A stretch of 64,000 nt of DNA from an uncultured Pirellulales bacterium (GCA_964444135.1 CAYUFX010000009.1:22737-86736), one strand, 5' to 3'. Positions 9,267 through 19,435 are shown, numbered from the stretch's first letter. Translations and numbers: made by a program. Notes: generated by a model from the sequence alone, not told the origin.

Positions 9267-10784
9267 TTATCTTCTATACGTTTGCTCTATTGCATCAAGT
9301 AAGCCATCAAGGGTGTGGTCTTCGGCTGTTACATCAATCCTTACACCGAGCGTTTTCAACCGTTCGGAAGTTACCGGGCCAATCGATGCAACTTTTACGT
9401 TACCTGAATTAACCAGGTCGCTGCGGATTTGCTCAAAAAATCCATTTACCGAAGAAGGACTTGCAAAGGTCAGCCAGTCAATCCGGCCATTGCTGATTTC
9501 TTCAATTAGCCAGGTGCATTGGCTTTTTTCTTCTACGGCTGTATAAACAGCTACATCCTGAACTTCGGCTCCGCCTTTGTCCAACAGCTCAACAAGCTCG
9601 TTTGAAGCAATCTTTGAGCGTAAAAGCAAGACCTTTTTGCTTCGCAAGTTTGTATAGGCGATTAATTGTTTGCCGAGCTCCTTACCGGTAAAAACGCTCG
9701 GGACAAAATCCGCTTTTATGCCGAAGTCGCTGAGCTTAGCTGCGGTTCCGTTACCTATTGCGGCAATCTTGGCCGAGCCGAAGACTCTGGCATCCTTGCC
9801 TAAGCCCTGTACAGTTTCAAAGAATATAGTTACGCCGTTGCCGCTTGTAAAGATTATCCAATCGTACTCGGTGATTTTTGCGAGCGTCCTTACGAACTCG
9901 TTTTTGTGCGTTAGAGGCCTGATTTCTATTGTTGGGAAATCTATCGGGTTACCGCCGCGGTCAATTATTTTAGCTGCGAAACCGGCATTGCCGGCAGTGT
10001 CCCGGGTTACAACAATATTTTTGCCAAACAATGGCTTTTTCATAAACCAGTTCAACTGTGCGTTACTGTCCGCAGCGGCACCGATAACGATAATCGCCGG
10101 CGGCTCGATCCCCTGCTGCTTACAGTTTTCGCTTATATTGCTTAGCGCAGCTTTTACAACTCTCTGAGCTGGGAAAGTAGCATCAGCAATTACAGCCGTC
10201 GGTGTATCGGCTCCCATACCATTTTCCATTAGTCGTTCAGCAATAAAGCTTAGATTGCCGATGCCCATATAGAAAACGATGGTGCCGCTGAATTTTGCAA
10301 GTAAGCTCCAGTCAATATTGCTCTTTTGCTTGCCCTGTTTCTCCTGGCCGGTTACAAAAACCACCTGCGAGCTGTATTCTCTGTCGGTCAGCATGATGCC
10401 GGCATAGGCAGCGACGGCGATACCGGCGGTTATGCCAGGTACTATTTCAAACCCGATGCCGTGTTCGATAAGAACAGCAAGCTCCTCGGCAACTCTGCCG
10501 AAGATACAGGGGTCGCCGCCCTTTAACCGTACAACCGTTCGGCTACTGGAGGCCTTTTCGAGCAGCAGCTTGTTAATTTCTTCCTGCGTAACCGAAGCGC
10601 CGCCGATGCGTTTGGGCACATGGATAATCTCGGCGTCGGCGCGGGCAAATCTCAGCAAAGCAGGATTGGCTAACTTATCGTAAATTATACAATCTGCTTT
10701 TTTTAGAACCTCAGCGCCGTGAACGGTAATCAAATCCGCCCTGCCCGGGCCGGCTCCAACAAGATATACAAAACCTTTTTCCAT
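9267..10784 (-). CDS. cobA/hemD: Fused uroporphyrinogen-III C-methyltransferase / uroporphyrinogen-III synthase
   Basis: 505 aa. The N-terminal half, VYLVGAGPGRADLITVHGAEVLKKADCIIYD, is SUMT. The C-terminal half (KNIVVTRD...FPTIEIRPL...) is HemD. Confidence 0.85.
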   Translation of the reverse strand: MEKGFVYLVGAGPGRADLITVHGAEVLKKADCIIYDKLANPALLRFARADAEIIHVPKRIGGASVTQEEINKLLLEKASSSRTVVRLKGGDPCIFGRVAEELAVLIEHGIGFEIVPGITAGIAVAAYAGIMLTDREYSSQVVFVTGQEKQGKQKSNIDWSLLAKFSGTIVFYMGIGNLSFIAERLMENGMGADTPTAVIADATFPAQRVVKAALSNISENCKQQGIEPPAIIVIGAAADSNAQLNWFMKKPLFGKNIVVTRDTAGNAGFAAKIIDRGGNPIDFPTIEIRPLTHKNEFVRTLAKITEYDWIIFTSGNGVTIFFETVQGLGKDARVFGSAKIAAIGNGTAAKLSDFGIKADFVPSVFTGKELGKQLIAYTNLRSKKVLLLRSKIASNELVELLDKGGAEVQDVAVYTAVEEKSQCTWLIEEISNGRIDWLTFASPSSVNGFFEQIRSDLVNSGNVKVASIGPVTSERLKTLGVRIDVTAEDHTLDGLLDAIEQTYRR

Positions 10785-11021
10785 AGCATCAACTAACGTA
10801 CAGCATAGGGTTTAGTGTGATGCTAAGATAACAAAAATCCGCAAAGAAAACCACTGATTTTGTTAACCAAAGTTTTCACGGATTGGTTATTTGAACTGCA
10901 AAATGTCGAATAGAGAATATCCAATTACGAAGTGGGATTCCTTCGGAATTGACTCATTCGACTACGCCGGCATGACAAAGAGGAGAGATTGCCACGCTCG
11001 GCTTCGCCTCGCTCGCAATGA

Positions 11022-11088
11022 CCCCGCACCAATTTACCCCCGCTAAAGAAATGCGAGGGCGGGCGGCAGTAGTCTAATTGGTGCGGGG
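11022..11088. repeat. GC-rich hairpin element (13-bp perfect stem CCCCGCACCAATT / AATTGGTGCGGGG)
   Basis: Inverted repeat read directly from the sequence. It sits in a 180-nt GC-rich structured spacer (about 10965-11140). Confidence 0.6.
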
Positions 11089-11165
11089 CAGGCGTACATT
11101 CCTGCTCCCCTATCAGGTCGAGGACAAGTTTCGCATGAATGAACTGCGGAGCTATATATTGTTGA

Positions 11166-11846
11166 TTATTGGCCTGTGTATACGCAGACTCCGACCCGAG
11201 GTGAGTTAACTACAGGCAGAAGCATCACCTCGCCGCACTTGTGTTCGGCAGCACACTCATTGCAAAGCCATCCCTCGCCCGACCAAATACATTCGGTACA
11301 CACATGAGCAGCCACTTTGCCGCAGGATATACAGGGGTACGAGGGAGGTTCATTTCTGGCCAAAACTGCGATGGATTCGTCCTTAATTTGTTTTTGCTCT
11401 TGCGAGACAACCCTCATCGCCAGGTGCGTAGTAGAGCCGAAGTCGTACTTATAGTTAAACTTCATCCCGGGACTAAGAATTTCATTCAACCTGGCCTCCA
11501 TGCTTTCGTCATCAAATTCTGCCATTGGTGCCACCGAGTAGGTTTTGCCCTCAATCGTAAATGCGCTCATGTGGCCACAGCACTCCAGCCAGATTCGTCT
11601 AAGAAAATCGTCCAGAACATCGAGCGTTGCATCAGCAGGAATCTCAAGATGCATCCAATAATCGGATGAGTAGCGTGCTTCAACCACAAGATGAAAGACT
11701 TCTGCTTTCCGCGGGCTTCGGACGGGAGATGACGTCTCGATATTTTCATCTTTTTGTTTGCACGATTTGAGGTGTTTGGTCATCGCTGACTTGCTGAAAG
11801 TGCCTCCGCACAAATGGCACTGCCCTTTTGACATTTGCCTTGTCAT
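11166..11846 (-). CDS. pRiA4b ORF-3-like family protein with N- and C-terminal Cys clusters
   Basis: 226 aa. The core (WLECCGHMSAFTIEGKTY...KFNYKYDFGSTTHL) resembles the pRiA4b ORF-3 / IS1096 passenger family. CxxC-type clusters occur at both ends. Assigned from memory of the family only. Confidence 0.45.
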   Translation of the reverse strand: MTRQMSKGQCHLCGGTFSKSAMTKHLKSCKQKDENIETSSPVRSPRKAEVFHLVVEARYSSDYWMHLEIPADATLDVLDDFLRRIWLECCGHMSAFTIEGKTYSVAPMAEFDDESMEARLNEILSPGMKFNYKYDFGSTTHLAMRVVSQEQKQIKDESIAVLARNEPPSYPCISCGKVAAHVCTECIWSGEGWLCNECAAEHKCGEVMLLPVVNSPRVGVCVYTGQ

Positions 11847-12082
11847 TTATCGAACCTCCATTACAATATACCATTCATCTCTTTTATGAAAAGCTGATAA
11901 CCCCCAAATGAATTTAGGGATTAAATATTTTTCGATTGTAATATATTCTAAGCACAGCATATACAAACATCAACTCCAAACTGCACCGAAATCGAATTAA
12001 GTAGCACAATGCCTTTTTGAAAATCCTTGCAAATAATATACATTTGGCCATAATCACACGTGTTGAGTTTGAACAAGACTTT

Positions 12083-12139
12083 TGCAAAATCGGAAAAGCT
12101 GATTTTCTTAAATAATATATGCCTAAACTAAATTTTGCA
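12083..12139. mobile_element. Internally deleted derivative (57 bp) of the TGCAAAAT-type MITE
   Basis: TGCAAAATCG + GATTTTCTTAAATAATATATGCCTAAACTAAATTTTGCA matches the left tip plus the right ~45 bp of copy B (48007-48165). It lies 35 nt upstream of ccsB. Confidence 0.55.
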
Positions 12140-12174
12140 AAACTTCAGTTTAAAATAGGCATAAAGGTAACCTG

Positions 12175-13200
12175 ATGAATAAGTTCAGACGAGCTGTAAT
12201 GTGGGTTGGGCTGACGCTGATTATACTATTGCTTTTCCTGTCTATCTATGGAGCATTTATCGGCGCTGAGCGGGCAAAGAGCTTCTTTAACCGCCTGCCA
12301 TTGGTGGTTTTCTGGTCAGCTTTTCTGCTGCTGCTGATTGTAGGACTTGTGGTGTTTCGTCGATTGGTCCGGGTGCCCGGCCTGTTATTAATACACTCAG
12401 GCTGTGTTTTTATTCTTGCAGGGGCTATATGGAGCTCAGAGCCCGGGCATAAACTCCAGAAAAAACTGTTCGGAATCGACAAAATTACGACTGGGCAAAT
12501 GAGAATTTATGAAGGACACTCAGACAACCGCGTTATATTAGAAGACAATAAACAGATAAAGGAGCTGCCTTTCTCGGTAGAACTCAAAGACTTCCAAATA
12601 GAATATTACAAGCCGGCGTTCCTGTATATCCAAACCAGAGACGGCCAAGGCTGGAGAATACCTGTCGAAATCGATACCGAATTTCCTTTAGGCCCTGAGT
12701 TCGGCACGGTAAAAATCCTAAGGGCGTTCGAGAATTTCAAAATCACAATCGAGGGCGAAAACAGAAAAATTATCGACGACCCACAGCACGGCTTTAATCC
12801 GGCATTAGAGGTCCAGTTTACATCCCCTGAGGGTCAGGTAACTAATAGATACGTTTTCGAGCGATTTCCCGGACATTCTCACAGTGAAGACAAATTTCTG
12901 CTGAGCTATCGCAGAGTTATTAGTGATTACGTAAGCCGGCTCCGGATAACTAAAGACAACAAGGTTGTTGCTGAAAAGGACATCGAAGTAAATCATCCTC
13001 TTAGCTTCGGCGGATACCATTTCTACCAACATTTTTACGACACCGAGGCTGGCCAATACACTGTTCTTATGGTCGTTTCCAATGCGGGCCTGGCTGTGGT
13101 CTATGCCGGCTACTGGATGCTCTGTGTCGGTGTCTTCTGGCACATGTGGCTACGACATATAGTTGAAAAGAGAACCAAAAAACACATAAATGGAAATTAA
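12175..13200 (+). CDS. ccsB: Cytochrome c biogenesis protein ResB/CcsB-like (system II)
   Basis: 341 aa. N-terminal TMs, a periplasmic domain, and VNHPLSFGGYHFYQHFYD (ResB-type motif). It overlaps the downstream ccsA by 11 nt. Confidence 0.65.
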   Translation: MNKFRRAVMWVGLTLIILLLFLSIYGAFIGAERAKSFFNRLPLVVFWSAFLLLLIVGLVVFRRLVRVPGLLLIHSGCVFILAGAIWSSEPGHKLQKKLFGIDKITTGQMRIYEGHSDNRVILEDNKQIKELPFSVELKDFQIEYYKPAFLYIQTRDGQGWRIPVEIDTEFPLGPEFGTVKILRAFENFKITIEGENRKIIDDPQHGFNPALEVQFTSPEGQVTNRYVFERFPGHSHSEDKFLLSYRRVISDYVSRLRITKDNKVVAEKDIEVNHPLSFGGYHFYQHFYDTEAGQYTVLMVVSNAGLAVVYAGYWMLCVGVFWHMWLRHIVEKRTKKHINGN

Positions 13201-14059
13201 ATACACAATTCAGGGTTTACTGATTTACATTGCCATCGCCGCATACTTGAGTGCGTTCGTAACGAGCCTGCTGCGCCGCGCAAAAACCGGACACATCTTA
13301 TACCTGTTCGGCTTTGTGGCAGCAGTTTTGGCTTTTGGCTATCGATGGTATCATGTTCGTCACGTGCCGCTGCAGAATCTCTTTGAGGTATTCCTGTGCT
13401 TGAGTATGATTATTTATCCAGCTTCTTGGTTTTGCCGGCGTATCCTGCGGGTAGGAGGCTACTGCGCCGATATGCTTATAGGTGCTATAGTTCTTTTTCC
13501 GGCCGGCTTTATCCTTAACGCACAGCCGCAGCGACTGCCGCCGGCTCTGCAAAGCTGGCTGTTTACGCCCCACGTTGCTGTCTATATGCTATCGTACATC
13601 TTTATGGCAAAAGCGACTTTCCAGGCCATTTCGCAATTAGCCGGCAGGCAGCACCAATTTTCAAGGTCGGGCGGTAGTTGCCAGCAAAAGGACGAATCAA
13701 ACCAGAGGAGCGAAAATTGGTGCAGCCCTAACCCAAACGAAAATCTCCTACCGCCTGAGCAGGCAACTTATAGTATAATCTGCATCGGTTTTCCCCTGCT
13801 GACACTCGGGCTTATCCTCGGCAGTTACTGGGGCAAAAAGGCCTGGGGCGATTACTGGGGCTGGGACCCTAAAGAACTGTGGGGGCTGGTATCCTGGCTG
13901 GTCTATGTCGGGTATTTCCATTTTCGCTATATGTTCGGAAAAAAATATCCGCGGATTAACAGTATCTGGGCGATTGCGGGAATGGTTGTTATCATTGTAA
14001 CCTTGCTCTGGGTAAACCTATCAAGACTTTTCCCCGGCTTGCATAGCTACGCAATTTGA
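13190..14059 (+). CDS. ccsA: Cytochrome c assembly protein CcsA (haem-handling WWD protein)
   Basis: 289 aa polytopic protein with WGDYWGWDPKELW, the Trp-rich haem-handling motif. Confidence 0.85.
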   Translation: MEIKYTIQGLLIYIAIAAYLSAFVTSLLRRAKTGHILYLFGFVAAVLAFGYRWYHVRHVPLQNLFEVFLCLSMIIYPASWFCRRILRVGGYCADMLIGAIVLFPAGFILNAQPQRLPPALQSWLFTPHVAVYMLSYIFMAKATFQAISQLAGRQHQFSRSGGSCQQKDESNQRSENWCSPNPNENLLPPEQATYSIICIGFPLLTLGLILGSYWGKKAWGDYWGWDPKELWGLVSWLVYVGYFHFRYMFGKKYPRINSIWAIAGMVVIIVTLLWVNLSRLFPGLHSYAI

Positions 14060-14158
14060 TGTCGGATATATCAATTTTAAGTTAATAAAATCAGTGAAGT
14101 TTATCTTATTACAAGATATATAAATCGAAAAAATGTTTCAGATCAAGGAGACCAAACG

Positions 14159-15961
14159 ATGGTACAAAAAGGTAGAATTACATTACTGTTCGTTGCCCTG
14201 TTATTTGTCGTTGGATGTGAACAAGCAGCTAAAGATAGTGTGGTAACGATTGCAGAAAATAGTGTGGCGAAAACCGTCATCGTAATTGCCGAGGACGCCG
14301 CCGAGCCCGAACATCACGCCGCCGCCGAATTGGCCGACTTTCTGGAGCAGATAACCGGCGCAGAATTTGAAGTTGTCAGCCCCCCTGCCGTCGGCAGGCC
14401 TCGTCTGCTGGTTGGTACTAAAGCTGCTAAATTGGCCGAGCCTGATTTCACCGTTGAGGGACTTGGTACCGATGGCATAATCATCCGCAGTGTTGGAAAC
14501 GACCTCATCTTAGCCGGCGGCTATCCACGCGGGACCTTGTATGCGGTTTATACCTTTCTCGAAGACGAACTTGGCTGCCGGTGGTGGTCCTCGACCGAAA
14601 GCACCATACCAAATAAGCCGACACTTAACGTGGCCAAGCTCGATGTCCGTTATGTGCCGGTTCTGGAATACCGCGAGCCGTACTGGTTTGACGCCTTTGA
14701 TGGTGACTGGGCTGTGCGCAATAAATCTAATGGGAACCGTCCCCGGCTGGATGAAAAACGCGGCGGTAAACATACCTACGAAGGATTTGTGCACACGTTT
14801 AATCGGTTAATCCCTCCGGATAAATACTTCAAAGACCATCCCGAATGGTTCAGTGATATCAAAGGTAAGCGTACCTATGAGCGCGCTCAACTGTGCCTGA
14901 CGAATGAAGAAATGCGCGAGGAGCTTGTTAAGAACCTCAAAGCCCGTCTTCGTGCAAATCCAGCCGCCACTATTGCTTCGGTCTCGCAGAACGATTGGCG
15001 CGGGAACTGCCAATGCAGCCGTTGCGCCGCTATCGAAAAAGAAGAAGGCAGCCCCGCCGGACTGATGCTGCGCTTTGTCAATGCGGTCGCGGCTGATATC
15101 GAAGAGGAATTTCCACAGGTGGCCATCAGCACGTTAGCTTATCAGTACACCCGAAAGCCGCCAAGAATTACAAAACCGAGACATAATGTAATTGTACGGC
15201 TATGCAGTATTGAGTGTTCGTTTTGTAAACCACTGGCCGACGAGCGGAACAAAGAATTCCGCGATGATATTGTCGGCTGGTCGAAGATATGCAACCGACT
15301 TTACATCTGGGACTACACTACGAATTTCAGGCATCACATAATGCCGCATCCGAACCTGCGCGTGCTGGGGCCGAATGTAAAGTTCTTCGCCGACCATAAT
15401 GTCAAAGGTATCTTTGAGCAGGGTGCTTACACCACGAACGGCGCCGAGATGGCCGAGCTCCGGGCCTGGGTGCTGGCTAAGCTGTTGTGGGACCCAACGC
15501 GGGATGGGCAAGAACTAATTGACGAATTCATCGCCGGCTATTACTGCCTTGCCGGCCCTTATATCAAGGCTTATTTGAAAGTTACGCATGATGCGGTCGA
15601 AGCCAGCGAAGACTGGCTGGGCTGCTTCGAAAAGCAGACCGCTAAATTCCTTTCCTTCGAGACGCTCAGTGAAGGCTGGGCACATCTGAAGGCTGCCGAA
15701 GCGGCAGTTAAGGATGACACCGACCTGCTGTTTCGCGTTCAGGTTGCGCAGTTACCGACGATGTACACCTTTATGATGCGCTGGGACGAGATGCGAGAAA
15801 AGGCCGAAGCCAGCGGTGCCGCTTGGCCTATGCCGGAGTCTATCCAGGATACTTTTGAGCAGTTTATGAAAATCGCCAGGAAAAAGAACGTCACCCGCCT
15901 TAACGAATGGAATCCGGGTTTCGGAGCACTTGAAGAAGCGCTCGAGCGAGCCAAGAAGTAA
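14159..15961 (+). CDS. DUF4838-like putative glycoside hydrolase lipoprotein
   Basis: 600 aa. Lipobox LFVVGC. The overall pattern resembles DUF4838/GH20-like proteins. Family call is from memory. Confidence 0.45.
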   Translation: MVQKGRITLLFVALLFVVGCEQAAKDSVVTIAENSVAKTVIVIAEDAAEPEHHAAAELADFLEQITGAEFEVVSPPAVGRPRLLVGTKAAKLAEPDFTVEGLGTDGIIIRSVGNDLILAGGYPRGTLYAVYTFLEDELGCRWWSSTESTIPNKPTLNVAKLDVRYVPVLEYREPYWFDAFDGDWAVRNKSNGNRPRLDEKRGGKHTYEGFVHTFNRLIPPDKYFKDHPEWFSDIKGKRTYERAQLCLTNEEMREELVKNLKARLRANPAATIASVSQNDWRGNCQCSRCAAIEKEEGSPAGLMLRFVNAVAADIEEEFPQVAISTLAYQYTRKPPRITKPRHNVIVRLCSIECSFCKPLADERNKEFRDDIVGWSKICNRLYIWDYTTNFRHHIMPHPNLRVLGPNVKFFADHNVKGIFEQGAYTTNGAEMAELRAWVLAKLLWDPTRDGQELIDEFIAGYYCLAGPYIKAYLKVTHDAVEASEDWLGCFEKQTAKFLSFETLSEGWAHLKAAEAAVKDDTDLLFRVQVAQLPTMYTFMMRWDEMREKAEASGAAWPMPESIQDTFEQFMKIARKKNVTRLNEWNPGFGALEEALERAKK

Positions 15962-16137
15962 TCGCCCTGTTATAACATCATTCAATAAACAAGTTTAAGA
16001 TTTGGCGCCGGTTATCCTGTGGGCAAAAGGAATAATACCTTAGGAAATCCTATTTTCTGCGCACATTTTGGGGGTGCAATTACACTATAATAATGGAAGC
16101 TGATATCAGTTAATTCTTGTGAATTGGTGGATTTGTT

Positions 16138-16683
16138 TTGAATCCGAATTCAGAAACACAATTAGTCCAAGCTGCCCAGAATGGCCATCTGGAAAGCTTC
16201 GGTGCTCTCTACGAACGTTATCACAGCTCGATGGTCGCACTGGCTTACTCGATGCTGGCCGACAGAGAACTGGCAGAGGACGCTGCACAGGAAGCATTTG
16301 CTATAGCCTGTCGTGACCTAAGGAGTTTGAAAAGTAAAGAAAGATTCGCAGCCTGGCTGGCCGGCATTTGCAGGAATGTTACAAGGCAGATGCTCAGGTC
16401 AAAAGGCAGACAAGTTGCTGTGAGTGTTCGAGGGCGTGCCGGAAATGTAAACATCGAAGAACACCGCAGGGATGCGATTCGTGAAGCTGTTTTACAATTA
16501 CGGCCTGCCGAGCGAGAGCTAATAGTTTTACGATACTACGACAACTCACCTTACGAGCAGATAGCGCAGGTTTTGGACATCTCGCCACAGGCCGTGAACG
16601 GCAGGCTGGTCAGAGCAAAACGTAAGATTGCAAAGTATTTGAAACGAAACGGTTTTACGGGAGATGATTATGAAACGTCCTGA
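16138..16683 (+). CDS. ECF-type RNA polymerase sigma-70 family factor
   Basis: 181 aa. Region 2 (LVQAAQNGHLESFGALYERYH...AEDAAQEAF) and region 4 (RELIVLRYYDNSPYEQIAQVLDISPQAVNGRLVRAKRKI). Confidence 0.85.
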   Translation: MNPNSETQLVQAAQNGHLESFGALYERYHSSMVALAYSMLADRELAEDAAQEAFAIACRDLRSLKSKERFAAWLAGICRNVTRQMLRSKGRQVAVSVRGRAGNVNIEEHRRDAIREAVLQLRPAERELIVLRYYDNSPYEQIAQVLDISPQAVNGRLVRAKRKIAKYLKRNGFTGDDYETS

Positions 16684-17368
16684 AAACGATAAATTGCTCG
16701 ATGAGGCGTTGAGCGAAACAATCGGCTCGAAAAAATCACGGACGGATTTCGAAGAGTGGAAGCAAAAGCACCCGGAAGCCGTTGAGATGTTAACCTCGCG
16801 GGCAGGCCGACAACCATCGGCTGAGATACGCCCGCTCAGTATAAGGAGAATTATTATGAAAAGTCCAATTACAAAATTAGCAGCTGCGGTGGTGATCATC
16901 GTCGGTGTAGGTTTGGGTGGCTTGTTGTTCCACTCGAGCAGCCAAATCACGTGGGCGGACGTCTTAGAGCAGATGAGGAATGTCAAGACAGTAACATACC
17001 TCCTCATAGAACAATCAGCGGACCCATCATCAGACAAGCCTGACAGCTTCCGGACAGATGATAGAAGCAGAGTATTAAAAGACCAAGCTCAAGCGATGTG
17101 GCTATGGGAAGGTTTTATGAGATTTACAGCCGATCAGGTCAAGACAGTGGGCACAGAACAGCTCGATGGGGTGGAAACCATACTGTTTGCCGCGCCGATA
17201 AATGTAGTAGTGGGCTCAGGGACATCCTTTACAGGTAGGGCCCATGTATGGGTTGATTCTCAAAGCGCAATTCCGCTTCGTTTGATCATCGAATATACAG
17301 ACGACAATGGCATACGCCATAGAGAGGTCTTGAAAGACATACAGTGGGAGATGACCGACGTGGAGTAA
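16664..17368 (+). CDS. Putative single-pass anti-sigma factor / membrane-anchored protein
   Basis: 234 aa. It overlaps the sigma gene stop and has one TM (ITKLAAAVVIIVGVGLGGLL). It is paralogous to 18254-19435 around the TM. Confidence 0.5.
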   Translation: MIMKRPENDKLLDEALSETIGSKKSRTDFEEWKQKHPEAVEMLTSRAGRQPSAEIRPLSIRRIIMKSPITKLAAAVVIIVGVGLGGLLFHSSSQITWADVLEQMRNVKTVTYLLIEQSADPSSDKPDSFRTDDRSRVLKDQAQAMWLWEGFMRFTADQVKTVGTEQLDGVETILFAAPINVVVGSGTSFTGRAHVWVDSQSAIPLRLIIEYTDDNGIRHREVLKDIQWEMTDVE

Positions 17369-17536
17369 GGAACCCTTGGAAAATACTATCCGAGCAACTG
17401 TTCTATACTCGCATGATCAGACGGATAAGGTAGGACGAGTTTGGCGTACTTAAATAGGGAAAATGTTACCATGGATAAGTTAGCTGAACTTGAAAAGATG
17501 CAATTGGAAGAGTAGATAAAGCAATATGGAAAAAAT

Positions 17537-17565
17537 GGCCGAGGCAGTTGGCTCGGCCTTTTTTG
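17537..17565 (+). terminator. Rho-independent terminator
   Basis: GGCCGAG-GCAGTTG-GCTCGGCC followed by TTTTTTG. The 3' half is identical to the terminator at 19479-19507. Confidence 0.7.
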
Positions 17566-17714
17566 TGCGCTTTTCGAAGGGAAATATGGGCTTTAGGGTT
17601 AGTACCATCGAAAAACAAAAGAAAAAATTACCTTCGTTTATGTAAAAATATGCGGCTCAATCGTTATTATATATAGACGATTCGTCAGTTTGAAAGCAAT
17701 TAGGCAGGCCTGAA

Positions 17715-18257
17715 ATGCTGGAAGACAAGCTGCTTGTTTTGAAATGCAGGCGCGGTAGCAGGGACGCGATGTGCAGGGTCTATGAAAAGTACAAAGATTA
17801 CCTGCTTACGTTGGCAAAAGGGCTTTTGGGTGAGCGGGCAGCGGCCGAGGATGTTGTGCACGACGTTTTTGTCTCCTTTGCGCGGTCGGCCGGGCAGCTT
17901 CAACTCACAGGAAGCCTGAGAGGCTACTTAGCAACATGCGTGAGTAATCGTGTACGAGACAAAATACGGGTAAAGACACGACAAGCCGAAGCTCTGGACT
18001 CAGTGAATCCAATCATCTGGGGTTCGGACAATCCGGAGCAACGCGTAATAGAAAGAGAGGAATTAATGCGACTGAGACAGGCTCTGAGCCAGATTCCTTA
18101 TGAGCAGCGGGAAGCAGTAATGCTGCATCTTAAAAGCGGGATGAAATTCAGGGAAATAGCTAAGCTGCAAGGCGTCTCAGTCAGTACGATTCACGGCCGG
18201 TATCGTTACGGATTGGATAAACTAAAGTCACTGCTGAATAGTGAGGTTGAAAAATGA
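17715..18257 (+). CDS. ECF-type RNA polymerase sigma-70 family factor
   Basis: 180 aa. Region 2 (DAMCRVYEKYKDYLLTLA...AEDVVHDVF) and region 4 (REAVMLHLKSGMKFREIAKLQGVSVSTIHGRYRYGLDKL). Confidence 0.85.
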   Translation: MLEDKLLVLKCRRGSRDAMCRVYEKYKDYLLTLAKGLLGERAAAEDVVHDVFVSFARSAGQLQLTGSLRGYLATCVSNRVRDKIRVKTRQAEALDSVNPIIWGSDNPEQRVIEREELMRLRQALSQIPYEQREAVMLHLKSGMKFREIAKLQGVSVSTIHGRYRYGLDKLKSLLNSEVEK

Positions 18258-19435
18258 GACCAGCAGATAACATAGAAAGGTTGATTAAGAATCTATCAGA
18301 TAGAACTAGTGCCCAGATGGATGAGCGAGTGCTTGGAGACGTGCTGCGTGCACTGGAAGAATCCGAAAAGACATCGGCTCTAACACAGCCAAAGATAAGG
18401 AGAACAATTATGAAAAGTCCAATTGTAAAATTAGCCGCCGCGGCGGTGATAATAGTAGCCGTCGTGCTGTCAATAAATGTTTTTGATAAATCAATCGGCA
18501 CGGCATACGCGATTGAACAGACTATTGAGGCCAATCGTGGTCTACGGTTCATTCATCTAAAATGTGAGCCGGCAGGAACGGGCGTGGAAGAGATATGGGC
18601 CCAATTCGATGATAACAGGGAACTTCTGCGTTTGCGTATGAATTTTCCAAACACGATGGATGGACCCAAAGACGTGGTTTGGCAGGAAGGAAAAGCCGAA
18701 GTCTGGTTTAAGGCAAAGAAAGAAATAGCAGTACTCAGAGAGAAGAATATACTTGCTCAATTGAAAATGTCATATAAAAGCTTTGACCCAAAGTTAATCG
18801 GTGAGCAACTTTTTCACGTTCAAGCGGATGAAAAAAAGCAGATTGAAATACAGGAATCTCGATCTAAGAACGAATCGATTACTATAACCTGGACTCGGAA
18901 CGGCTTTCGGACGGTATACAAGGTGGACCCTGAAACCAAGCTCTTGCAACAATTTGAAAAGTATGAGCTAAAGGATGGAGAATATAAGTTTTTGGGGCGT
19001 ACTAAGTACCTTGATTACAATCAACCTGTTGATCCTGAAATTTTCGTTTTGAATCCTCCAGCAGAAGTGGTGCGTGTAGATCAGACAACTCAGGAAGTCG
19101 GCATGGCAAAGGGAGAATTAAGTGAAGAGGAGATTGCTGTGGAAGTGGCCCGTCAGTTCCTTGAGGCCCTGATTGACCAGGACTATGCCAAGGCAGGCAA
19201 ACTCATCGCAAACGTACCAGCGGAATGGGTAAAACAGCAGCCTTTTGGAAAAACAAAGTATATCCGCATTATTTCCATTGGTAAGCCTGTACCATATACA
19301 AAGACTGGCAGCCTTCGCGTACCTTGCAAAGTAGAAATCGAAAAGGATGGCAAGATAACTGTCCAATCTATTGCGCCATGCATCCGACAAGTATATGGTC
19401 AACCGGAACGTAGGCAGATTATTGACGTGTTTTGA
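18254..19435 (+). CDS. Putative single-pass anti-sigma factor / membrane-anchored protein
   Basis: 393 aa. 4-nt overlap with the sigma gene. TM is IVKLAAAAVIIVAVVL, followed by a large extracytoplasmic domain. Confidence 0.5.
   Translation: MRPADNIERLIKNLSDRTSAQMDERVLGDVLRALEESEKTSALTQPKIRRTIMKSPIVKLAAAAVIIVAVVLSINVFDKSIGTAYAIEQTIEANRGLRFIHLKCEPAGTGVEEIWAQFDDNRELLRLRMNFPNTMDGPKDVVWQEGKAEVWFKAKKEIAVLREKNILAQLKMSYKSFDPKLIGEQLFHVQADEKKQIEIQESRSKNESITITWTRNGFRTVYKVDPETKLLQQFEKYELKDGEYKFLGRTKYLDYNQPVDPEIFVLNPPAEVVRVDQTTQEVGMAKGELSEEEIAVEVARQFLEALIDQDYAKAGKLIANVPAEWVKQQPFGKTKYIRIISIGKPVPYTKTGSLRVPCKVEIEKDGKITVQSIAPCIRQVYGQPERRQIIDVF

Noticed and set aside
8968-9546. ORFs 8968-9213 (-) and 9100-9546 (+) spanning the hemB-cobA spacer
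   Set aside because: They translate the GC-rich palindromic element (VLSEVEG / FDFAQDRFR pseudo-peptides) or run antisense to cobA/hemD. They are repeat-derived artefacts.
16546-18552. Minus-strand ORFs 16546-17037 (163 aa) and 18181-18552 (123 aa)
   Set aside because: They are antisense to the sigma/anti-sigma genes. Their hydrophobic stretches mirror the TM-encoding segment of the real genes.
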